From NCBI GenBank assembly GCA_965644295.1, contig CBFFRP010000250.1:1-25344 (forward strand): a stretch of DNA of 25,344 nt, written 5' to 3'. Within the stretch, counting starts at the first letter, position 1, and every line of letters starts with the position of its first letter. The translations under genes were made by a program, and so were the position numbers. Source of the DNA: Paraphysomonas bandaiensis. Its lineage: Eukaryota; Protista; Chrysophyceae. Positions 1 through 10,237 of this stretch are shown piece after piece. The notes below the pieces were generated by a model. It had not been told where the DNA came from. It saw only the letters and a program-made list of their open reading frames with translations, and did no database searches.

Positions 1-3000
1 CAATGGCTTCGTCGGTGGTCATTGTCAACTGTAGTGTCGTGTCGTGTGGACACACTAATTATTCTCCTGCACTGTATAAGTGGCGACACACAAGGGAAGC
101 CTCTTTTCAGTTAGCCGAAAGAATCGACCTGATCAGGGTTCAGCTGTATCCGCCTCAAACATCGCACTTTCTGCATCACTTCTGGAAACTGTTCGATGCG
201 CTATATCATCTGTTCTGCCATCGTCGATTGACTTTGATGATCAGGATAGTTTGGTTTCGCTAGGTATTGACTCTTTAGGTGTGCTGCAGGTGCGTAACGA
301 GCTATCAAGGGAGTTTGGAGGAATTGATCTTCCGTCGGCTCTTGTCTTTGAATATCCTACTGTGGCGAGTGTCGCATCTTGCATTCAGCAGTTGCAGCTG
401 GGTTCGCAAAAGGGGTAGACGAAAATCCCGTGCAAACTCTCTGCTGCTGGAATTGCAACAACACAATAGGAAAGTTACATTTGATATGCCCAAGGAATAT
501 GAAGCGATGGCTTCTGCAACTCGTATGCAACAAGCGATGCTATTTCATTACATGTCAGACCCTTCTAGTGGGACATTCCTTGAAACGTTTTCATGGTACA
601 TCACTTCTGATGGTAGGATGAATCGCGTTAAGTTTGATGTTGCTGCGTTTCGTAACGCTTGGGTTGACACTATTATTGACCACGCCTCTCTGAGATCGTC
701 TTTTGATATGGAAGCATCCCCGCCAATAACTTGTGTGGAAGCCACATGTAATCGGCCTCAACAAGTCACAATATGAGGCTCAATATTCGTGGTTTGAATT
801 CTCATCTACAGTGTCTAATAGTAAGGATGGACCGTAAAATCAAAAATACAGGAGCATCGGCGATCAGGATGTGTGCATCCGGGAGATCCACTGTCGTTTA
901 AAGTCAGCTTGGTGAAATTGTCACAGAGTCAAACGGTAGAGTATGCACCTGATATTTTCTGTGCACCATGCCATAGTGGACGGTTGGTCGATACGCAATT
1001 TATTGCACTGTTTACGTGATAACTACACGCGATACGCCAGTGTACAAGGCCACTACCTCGATGAGCAATGTCAGCTGTTTCCATCATTCGAAGCCTATGC
1101 AATGTATGAAAATAGCTTGTTGGAATTTCCGGAAGCCCACGATCTGGATCTTCTTAAAGCGTTTTGGAGTAATAGTTTGAGAGGATGGAAGATACCGAAT
1201 GTATTTAATAATATGCTCCCTCTTATGATTAATACTTGATGAAGAAGTTATGCGCTGCGCTAAGTACTTGTCATCAGATTTGCTTATTGTATGCAGAAAA
1301 GCAGCTAGTCTAGTTGGTGTGACATTGGCATCTTTTTTCATGCATCATGGTCAGTGGTGTACAACTCATGGTTACGTTAGGACTTGGACACACCAGAGTT
1401 TTATACGGCTGCACTGCCACAGGACGATCGGCCGCGGTACAAGACCTAGGAGAAATAATTGGTCCTGTCATAAATACGTTCCCTGTTCGGCTGACGTGGG
1501 ACAATGATGAAAATGTGAAGTCATTCTTGGCAAGAGTTCACAAGCACCTACTGGATTGCATAAAGCATGAGAATCTTCCCTTTAACAGAGATTCAAAGGT
1601 TGACATCTACCCCTGTCAAAGGGTCTTTGTTTCCTGTAGTTTTTGATTATCAGCATGAGCAGCTTTTCAATTGTGAATTTGTGTGATCTTTATATTAAAA
1701 ATGACTCCTTGATCGATCGCATTGGTTGCCCACTTTCAGTCAGAACTGTTGTTGGGAGTGAGTCTGCGCAATTGATTGCAACTTCAGAATGTTTGAATAT
1801 AACTCGTCCTTCCTTGAAGGATTACTTTGTTCAGTGGAAATGTCGCTTCAGGCTCTTGCGTCCTGCATCGATTCAGATGATGGCCTTAAAACGACAATGC
1901 AGGACTTTGAGCGAAAAGTTTCTAGAAAGCTCATACCACTCCCCATTACCCACGACTTCCCAATCCTATACTTCCTGAGCGTCAGGTTGCAACGGGAGTC
2001 AAACATTGTACCCGGGTTGAATTGGTAAAGGCAATTGCTGGGACTCAGTTCACAAGGGCCTTATCTAATTGTTCTTATTATAAGTTGGAGTCCTTGAATT
2101 CGTGTATGTTGAGCGCCTTTTTAGTTGCAGTTAAACGCCACAGTAGCTCATCACTCTTCTCCATCGATTTTCTGATAAGGCATCATCCAGCCAGCACATT
2201 ACATTTAGTTTACACTCGAAGCTATCATGGTATGAGATGACCTTATTGGATGTCTTAAAACAGAGCGAGCTGGAGGAGCAACTTGCTATGAATAGGATAA
2301 ATATTTCTTCTGTGAAAAATCGTCAGAGATGTGTAATGTGGTATTCTGTGAATGGTCCAGTAACAACGAAGGTAATTACTTAGCCGGGGGCGTAAAAAAG
2401 GAAAATGACCCTGTTCTGTTTCCACACTGCTGGTGGAAGCTCTGCTCAATTCACGGGTTGGAAAGACGTGCTAACCAACATGGCCCAATGCAATGACGCA
2501 ACGAGTGTGTGGAATGTTGAGCTCGTTAGTGTCGATCTCCCTGGTCACGGCACGAAACTTTCTGAACCTGTTATGAAGGACTTATCTAGTATTGTAAACC
2601 ACTTGTTGATTTCATTGCGAGAAATGCTGTGGACAGAATCGGGGCATCCTAATCATTTTTGTTTCCTCGGATATTCGATGGGTGCTCTTGTAGCTCTATG
2701 CGAGCTTGCTCTTGCCGTGACAAAAAGCTTACGGTACTGGTCCTGACCACATATTTGCACTTCGCTGAAGCAGCCCCGATGCACATCAAATCTCGATGCG
2801 GACCCCTTTGGCTGACACAGGGTCTCTGATGAAGGATCTCACCAACCAGGGCTGGTATTCTAAAGATTTTCTTGACCTTTCTACTTCTGATGCTGAATTT
2901 TTCCTTACCACTGCACGGGCTGATTTACTGGTAGGAGAGCACTTATGTGTGGGATCCGGACAGCGCACAACAGTTGCATTGTCCTGTGACTGTTTTCTAT

Positions 3001-6000
3001 GGATGCGATGACACCACCCTAGTAGGACGAAGTGATATTGGTGAAGAAGCTGTATGGCATTGGAAAAAAGCGTCTGCTGGAGCATTCAACGTTCACGCCG
3101 TCCCTGGTGGGCATATGATCATGGACAGCGAAAGTAATAAAAAGTTCGTACTTGAGGAAGTATATTGTTCTATCAACCGTATTGACATCCATCCTGATGA
3201 AATATTTGCTAATTACTTAGTTTGCAATGTCATTCATGCGTCCCAGGATAAATTCACCTGCAAGCTATCTTTTTCTGATAAACTGGATACAACTGTAATT
3301 GAGAGCATTCACAAGACGTACTCTGCGATGCTTGATTTGGTTTGCTCGGATGACCCCCAGGTGTGGAAGAACCCTGTGTCCGAAGCAATCGCTCCCCTCC
3401 ATCGCCTGTGCCTGTTTCACCTCCATGTCCTCTCAGCAAAGATCTCATGTGACGAAGGGTTTATTCGTGTGTATGTAAGACTGCGACGAATTGTGATATT
3501 ATGCCTGCGGTTGTAAGTTACGATGAGTTGGGTGAGAGAGAGATGTCGTTATGTACTCTGATATGCAGCGATATGCTACGATAGTAGCTAGTGAATTGCT
3601 CAATAAAGTGCCTCTCTTTGATTGAGTCAAGCGTGGTGGCAGTTTTGATGGATATGGTTGGGGAACAAGTTGTAGCTGTACTGGGTGTGCATATGGCTCA
3701 ATGTGTCTATCTTCCTATGGATAGTCGTTCGTGGCCGGAGCATCGTGTTACTCAGGTTCTGGACCTTAGCAAGTGCGCAGCAAGCCGTGACTCAGTCTCG
3801 TGTATCATGTCGTCCTGTCAGTGGCTTAACGAAATTAGCATTCCAGTCATGGATGTGAACTCAGTAATAACTCGGCATGGGAAGCACCACACACCTGATG
3901 TAGATTCAGTTCTGTGTCGTAGAAAACGAGTAGATCCAACTGACCTTGCGTATCTAATTTACACCTCCGGTTCTACGGGTGTACCGAAGGGTGTGTGCTG
4001 CCACCACCAGGGAGCTGTGGAATACTATTGCGGATTTGAATGAGCGATTTTCGGTGACATCGTCAGATAGGGTGTTTGGCTTGTCATCATTAAGTTTCTG
4101 ATTTGTCGGTGTATGATATATTCGGCTTGCTCTCCGCCGGCGGCACGGTCGTGCTCCTCTGTCTAATTGTATACACCCCCCAGATCCTGAAGAATGGATA
4201 GGGATTCTGACAGCAGAGATGATTACAATATGGGACACTGTTCCAGCTTTCATGGAGTTGATGGTGACACACTGGTGAGTATTCAAATACCAGCTCCCTG
4301 CTAGCTTGCGTCTGGTATATGAGTGGAGACTGGATTCCGTTGTCTCTTCCAACGTATACGTGCCGTGTCTGCATGTCCCGATATTCGCATCATTAGTATG
4401 GGCGGGGCGACAGAAGCGGCAATATGGTCGAATATGTTTGAGCTGAGTAAAGAGGGATCTGGAATACCACCGGGGTGGTCCAGTATACCGTATGGTCGAC
4501 CACTCCGCAACCAAACAATGTATGTTCTCAATGAGGAACTGGACAACTGTGAATCATGGGTGACTGGTGGTATCTATATTGGTGGGGCAGGTGTAGCAAA
4601 AGGATATTATAATAACCCCGAGAGGACTCGATACCAGTTCATTGTGCACCCGCGAACTGGTGAGTCGCTGTTTCGCATTGGCGATTTGGGCCGTGTGCGT
4701 CCCTGTGGAAATATAGAGATATTGGGGCGTGAGGATTCACAGGTCAAGGTGTAAATGGGTTCCGCATAGAGCTAGGTGAGATCGAGCGTGTGCTGATGAA
4801 GGGATGTTGAGTATCATCGGCTGCGTTGACAGTGCATCATAATGCCCTGGGTGTGCGTATCTCGTATTAAATGATTATGGTGATGATTATTCCGCCCCAC
4901 ATGACGACATTATTGTAAGTCTTCGTGGTCTGTGTAAGGATTCATTAACCGACTATATGATTCCGCGGTATTTTATGTGTTTGGATGAACTTCCCCTCAG
5001 TTCAAACGGAAAAGTGGAGAGAAGTCGTTTGCCGACAATCACTGATGCGGAGACTTGCTATGACGATAGTATTGCGGACGTCGATTCTGAAGCATATTTC
5101 TCCCGCAATCCATTGGCAAGAGCATTACGCAATGTATGGGCAGAAATTTTGCATTGATTTTGTCTCTATACTTCCGGTTTCTAATTTCTTTTCCTTGGTG
5201 GGGACTCCTTATACCAATGCAAGTAGTGTCGCATGCTCGAAAGAGAGGAATCGTTGTCACAGTACCTCAGATATTCAACAATCCTACTATCAAGTCGCTT
5301 GTTGGTGTTGCCACGTCGGCAGCGTCATCTGGTCCCACTGTTCTGGGGACGAGTAGTGATAAGTCAAGCGGTAAACCTATTTTTGAGATAAAACCTGGAA
5401 AGCATAGTATGCTCAACGCTTATCCACTTATCGGTATCAATAAGGCTCACTTTGTCGGTCTACACACATCTTCTTATTCCCAGAAAGGCATTGCGCCCCA
5501 GATTTATTTCGAATGGGTTATGGGTGCGGAGGATGGGGGCTCTGATCCTGGACCTGGTAGATGTGCATACACTCGAGGAAGCTGTTACCCTTTTCGTGGG
5601 AAGGCATCCCCATTTCCGATCCTATGTGCTTCCAAGTGGACAAATGATGATGGATTAATTTTTGTCCAAAGTATAAGGTGTCCACATGTTGCACCGTGGA
5701 CTGGAGATGCTGCTGCTGCGGAGGCTAGTGCTCTAGAAACGCGGAGAGCTGACATGACTGCCAATGGGCCGAATGTGTACAAATGGCCGCTCTTTGATTT
5801 TCGTGTCACGCATATTGGCCCCACCACGTCTGTTATCCACGTCACAGTTTCATTATTCCTAATGGTCGCAATGGGAGATCTCATGTTCCGCCAGGAACTG
5901 TCAACCATATACAGAGCAGCTCTGTCTTGTGTGAGACAGGAAAAGCTGGGCGCGCTCACGGCGGCAAAGCTATCGTAAGAAGGAATTACCAGCTCCTTCA

Positions 6001-9000
6001 GAGGCTAATGTTCGCTGATTACTCCCACGCCATTGAGGAGTCCTTTACCCCTCTCAACAGAGTACATGCGTGCAAAAGAATTTTGGCTTGGGGAGATTGT
6101 CTACGCCTCCCTTCGGGGCCTGATTTGCCTTCTCTTTTCAGTGATAGCACCTAACTCAATTGTCTGACTCTGGAAAGTTTTGTAATTGGCACAGGTGGCT
6201 GTCAGTGGATGAATGGAATAACGCGGAAAGCTAATTGTGCCGCTCATTCAGTAACCATCCCTGCAATGTTGCTTGCTGTCTATTCGCTAACTATTGCCCA
6301 TTGGTCAAGGACAAAAAAGGTTTTTGCTAAATATTTTACAGTGTCTGAGACACCAGGTGCACCCCGATGTGAATAAGACTGTTGGCAACTGTAGTTCGAC
6401 CATACTGTGTGACATTGATATGACCCGAAAGAGCACAGACGAACCATTGTCTTTTCTTGTGGCCATCCAACGTGTTGCCAAAGAACTCTCTCAGAATCTA
6501 GAGCATGCATGCATGAGTGGCGTAGAGGTTATGCAAGAGCTAAATAGAGTTCAGGGTAAAACGTTTCAGGCGGTAGCCCCATTCATTTTCACAACTCCGA
6601 TTGGCGTCGAACAGGGAAATCAGCAAGTGTCGTCAAGAAATTGGATGTTCAAAGAGAGATTCTTCTCTGAAAGAGTACCTCATACGGCCTGTGTCAATGC
6701 AATTAAATCAGACCCCGCCGGTACAGCATGTGCTTCCATGGATATAGTAGAGGGAACTTTTCCAGATGAAGTAGTTCATGGGATGCACAAGACGTACTCT
6801 GCGATGCTTGATTTGGTTTGCTCGGATGACCCCCAGGTGTGGAAGAACCCTGTGTCCGAAGCAATCGCTCCCCCTCCATCACCTGTGCCTGTTTCACCTC
6901 CATGTCCTCTCAGCAAAGATCTCATGCACGAAGGGTTTATTCGTGTATGTAAGACTGCGACGAATTGTGATATTATGCCTGCGGTTGTAAGTTACGATGA
7001 GTTGGGTGAGAGAGATGTCGTTATGTACTCTGATATGCAGCGATATGCTACGATAGTAGCTAGTGAATTGCTCAATAAAGTGCCTTCTTTGATTGAGTCA
7101 AGCGTGGTGGCAGTTTTGATGGATAAGGGTTGGGAACAAGTTGTAGCTGTACTGGGTGTGCATATGGCTCAATGTGTCTATCTTCCTATGGATAGTCGTT
7201 CGTGGCCGGAGCATCGTGTTACTCAGGTTCTGGACCTTAGCAAGTGCGCAGCAGTTTTGACTCAGTCTCGTGTACTGTCGTCCTGTCAGTGGCTTAACGA
7301 AATTAGCATTCCAGTCATGGATGTGAACTCAGTAATAACTCGGCATGGGAAGCACCACACACCTGATGTAGATTCAGTTCTGTGTCGTAGAAAACGAGTA
7401 GATCCAACTGACCTTGCGTATCTAATTTACACCTCCGGTTCTACGGGTGTACCGAAGGGTGTGTGCTGCCACCACCAGGGAGCTGTGAATACTATTGCGG
7501 ATTTGAATGAGCGATTTTCGGTGACATCGTCAGATAGGGTGTTTGGCTTGTCATCATTAAGTTTCGATTTGTCGGTGTATGATATATTCGGCTTGCTCTC
7601 CGCCGGCGGCACGGTCGTGCTCCCTTCGTCTAATTGTATACACCCCCCAGATCCTGAAGAATGGATAGGGATTCTGACAGCAGAGATGATTACAATATGG
7701 GACACTGTTCCAGCTTTCATGGAGTTGATGGTGACACACTGTGAGTATTCAAATACTCAGCTCCCTGCTAGCTTGCGTCTGGTATATATGAGTGGAGACT
7801 GGATTCCGTTGTCTCTTCCAAATCGTATACGTGCCGTGTCTGCATGTCCCGATATTCGCATCATTAGTATGGGCGGGGCGACAGAAGCGGCAATATGGTC
7901 GAATATGTTTGAGCTGAGTAAAGAGGGATCTGGAATACCACCGGGGTGGTCCAGCATACCGTATGGTCGACCACTCCGCAACCAAACAATGTATGTTCTC
8001 AATGAGGAACTGGACAACTGTGAATCATGGGTGACTGGTGGTATCTATATTGGTGGGGCAGGTGTAGCAAAAGGATATTATAATAACCCCGAGAGGACTC
8101 GATACCAGTTCATTGTGCACCCGCGAACTGGCGAGTCGCTGTTTCGCACTGGCGATTTGGGCCGTGTGCGTCCCTGTGGAAATATAGAGATATTGGGGCG
8201 TGAGGATTCACAGGTCAAGGTAAATGGGTTCCGCATAGAGCTAGGTGAGATCGAGCGTGTGCTGATGAAGGACAAGCGAGTATCATCGGCTGCGTTGACA
8301 GTGCATCATAATGCCCTGTGTGCGTATCTCGTATTGAGTGACATGAATGGATCTGTAGATATAGAGGGTAGCAGCGATTATAGTGATGCTAGTCATGATG
8401 AGGTGTTTCAGAATTTGCGAGAGTTATGTCAAGATACACTTACTGACTATATGATTCCACGCCATTTTGTTGTATTAGATGAGATACCACTCAGTGCCAA
8501 CGGAAAGGTAGAACGAAGTCGACTTCCTCTTCCAGATGCAGTGTCCTCTGCATTTTTATCATCATCCATCCTTGATTCTAAAAAAGTTGATCCTTCGTCG
8601 AGATTAGAGGCTGCCATTGTGGAATCGTTTGCTGCTGTGTTGCAAATGGAAGAATCTCAAATATGCTGCCAAAGTGACTCGTTTTTCGCCCTAGGGGGGA
8701 ATTCTGTTTCGGCAATTCAGTTGTTATTCCGGATACGGAGTGATAGTGGAGAGTCTATTAGTGTTCAGGAGCTATTCGCTGCGCCCACTGTATGTGGTAT
8801 TGCAGCAACCATCTCTGCTAGAAGCGCGAAGACATCTCAAAATGGCGCGCAGGTCATAGAAAGTGATGGTTACGAGATCATTTGCCTGCAGGCAGGGTCT
8901 TCTGACGAAGTTCCTCTTCTTCTCTTTAATCCTGCAGGCGCAACTGGACTCTGGTAAGTTTGATAGTGGAAAATACCATATTGCTCTAAAGTGTATTCAC

Positions 9001-9792
9001 AGTTACTCTGACTTGTCCGAGCATCTAGATGGGAAGTATCCCGTCTACTGTCTCGATGACGGGGCGATTCTGAAGAATGTTGAGCGTAATGAATCCAGTA
9101 TTGATGCAGTGGCCGAAAAATGCCTACCTCTCGTTGTCAAATTTGCAAGTGCATACGGGTGTGTTTTATCAGGTAGAAATTCGCCCGATAGTGCAGTGAA
9201 AAAGGTAGTTCTAGGCGGATGGTCGTATGGTGGGGTCGTGGCTACAGTTGTGGCTGAAAAACTCTCCAGCACACCCACTCTCACGCGTTACAATGTGGAC
9301 GACGCGTGTTCTTTGGAAATAGCGGGGATAGTACTTTTTGATGCTCCTCTACGGAATGGTTCTTCAAATCTGAATGATATGCAAAGTGCAGACGAAAATG
9401 CTACTGCTGATGATGTGAGGTCTTGGATAAACCAATTCCATGGGCAAAGTGAGGAACTTTCTACTGAGAAAACGGTTGCCTCACATTTTTCCTACTGCAC
9501 ATCACTCTTGCGAAGGTTTTATGAACGCCAAAAGCGTGAGCGTCCCCTGTTATCGTGTCCTGTGCTTGATATTAGAGCTTCGCAATCGACATATAACTGT
9601 AGTGTTGAAGATGTGGAGGAAGTTTCATCCGGCGTTATCAGCACACACAAAACTGCAGGCAGTCACTTTACCATGTTATTTGGAAAAAACACTGCAGGGG
9701 TTGCTAAACTGGTTAAAAAATTCAATCGATTCGTGGAGAAATGTATTATAATCGATGGAACGCTCGTATCAGAGGTATTTTTTTCGTGTTGA
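1..9792 (+). CDS. Hybrid polyketide synthase / nonribosomal peptide synthetase, 5'-partial (ACP-C-Cy remnant/TE-A-PCP-Cy-A-PCP-TE); many apparent frameshifts in 1-~6300; one intron at 8954-9002
   Basis: Collinear domain motifs across the fragmented ORFs: GIDSL, HHAIVDG, GYSMG...GGH, YTSGSTGVPKG (x2), GGDSL, Cy-like motifs, FRTGDLGR, NGKVERSRLP (x2), GGNS, GWSYG...GSH. ORF 6294..8957 splices in frame to ORF 8863..9792. That the whole span is one gene is inferred. Confidence 0.85.
170..390 (+). other. PKS-type acyl carrier protein domain
   Basis: LVSLGIDSLGVLQVRNELSREFGGIDLPSALVFEYPTVASVA: GxDSL with the Ser at 272-274, plus the type I PKS ACP-typical LPxxLVFxYPT helix-III motif. Confidence 0.85.
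490..1900 (+). other. NRPS condensation domain with intact active-site motif (frameshifted in this assembly)
   Basis: ATRMQQAMLFHY (C1), FRNAW...HASLRSSF (C2), HHAIVDG at 964-984 (C3), YGCTATGR...IGPVINTFPVR (C5), HENLPF. Confidence 0.85.
2400..3180 (+). other. Internal thioesterase domain of type II (GrsT/RifR-like) appearance
   Basis: LFCFHTAGGS, VDLPGHG, FLGYSMGALVA (Ser 2675-2677), RADL, CPVTVFYGCDD, VPGGH (His 3112-3114). ORF 2947..3516 runs in frame from the TE C-terminus into the sequence preceding the first A domain. Confidence 0.85.
3310..4868 (+). repeat. Direct repeat copy 1 (~1.56 kb), near-identical to 6786-8335
   Basis: Starts cacaagacgtactctgcgatg and ends tgcgtatctcgtatt in both copies; differences are mostly 1-2 nt indels plus a few substitutions. 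Confidence 0.95.
3440..5035 (+). other. Adenylation domain 1, cysteine-type family (frameshifted copy)
   Basis: LAYLIYTSGSTGVPKGV, SMGGATEAAIWS, IPYGRPL, GGIYIGGAGVAKGY, GDLGR, LGREDSQVK, PLSSNGKVER. Near-identical at DNA level to A domain 2 over most of its length. Confidence 0.9.
5105..5310 (+). other. Peptidyl carrier protein (PCP) domain of module 1
   Basis: LRNVWAEIL...NFFSL, ggtggggactcctta (GGDSL) at ~5197-5211, then MQVVSHARKRGIVVTVPQIFNNPTIKSL; reading it requires small indel corrections. Confidence 0.85.
5415..6830 (+). other. Heterocyclization (Cy)-family domain, atypical
   Basis: YPLIGINKAHFVG, LEEAVTLFVGRHPHFRSYVLPSGQ, WPLFDFRVT, FADYSHA, LPSGPDLP, RFLLNILQCLRHQVHPDVNKTVGNCSS, LEHACMSGVEVMQEL and PFIFTT align in order with Cy-domain consensus blocks. 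There is no HHxxxDG. Confidence 0.8.
6786..8335 (+). repeat. Direct repeat copy 2 (1.55 kb), near-identical to 3310-4868
   Basis: Same boundaries as copy 1; this copy keeps an open reading frame. Confidence 0.95.
6915..8530 (+). other. Adenylation domain 2, cysteine-type family (intact frame)
   Basis: Core motifs present: YTSGSTGVPKG, SFDLSVYDIFG, SGDWIP, SMGGATEAAIWS, FRTGDLGR, GREDSQVKVNGFRIELGEIE, DYMIP, NGKVER. SGDWIP and GGATEAxIWS typify Cys-activating A domains of Cy modules (PchE/HMWP2/EpoB type). Confidence 0.95.
8590..8820 (+). other. PCP domain of the terminal module
   Basis: DSFFALGGNSVSAIQL (Ser 8703-8705) ... ISVQELFAAPTV. Confidence 0.9.
8900..9760 (+). other. Terminal type I thioesterase domain
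   Basis: After splicing: LLLFNPAGATGLCYSDLSEHL; GGWSYGG (Ser 9223-9225); LFDAP; GSHFTML. Confidence 0.9.
8954..9002 (+). other. Spliceosomal intron (49 nt) in the PKS-NRPS thioesterase
   Basis: GTAAGT...TTCACAG; removal joins ORF 6294..8957 to ORF 8863..9792 in frame and restores a TE N-terminal motif (PAGATGLCY). Confidence 0.9.
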
Positions 9793-10237
9793 CAAATTTC
9801 TCCATCATATGACACCTCTAATAGAGCATTCTACAATCAATATGTGTTTTGACTTTTCGGCGTCTTGTTGCTTTTGCACTCAGCATGGAATATCATGTGG
9901 TTTCACACATTATCATTCCATCGTGCTTTGTGTTAAACACAACGAATACGTTTTCTATCAGTAATAAATATATATATCATTAACGATAGATACTGGCTTG
10001 TTATTTCTAGCTGATACCTTTCGATTTGTACTATATATTGGTTGGATTTATTTCGAGTAAGATTTAAGTGTATTTGAGAAGTACGATATGAATAGAAAAT
10101 TAGTACAATTGTCTACAAGAATACTGTATATAATATATTCCTTCCACTCATAGAAATATATGTATGACGCCAAAAAAATTAATTAGATTATATGATACAA
10201 TAGTATGTATCGTAATATTTGTTGTATACTTCAACTG

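Noticed and set aside
3310-4868. Introns or programmed frameshifts as the cause of the frame breaks
   Set aside because: Comparison with 6786-8335 shows only tiny scattered indels, with no ~50 nt GT-AG inserts or consistent slippery sites.
1-9792. A bacterial operon of many small NRPS genes or a bacterial contaminant
   Set aside because: ORF breaks fall inside domains and match 1-2 nt indels, as the duplicate copy shows. A spliceosomal intron lies in the terminal TE and the flanking genes are eukaryotic.
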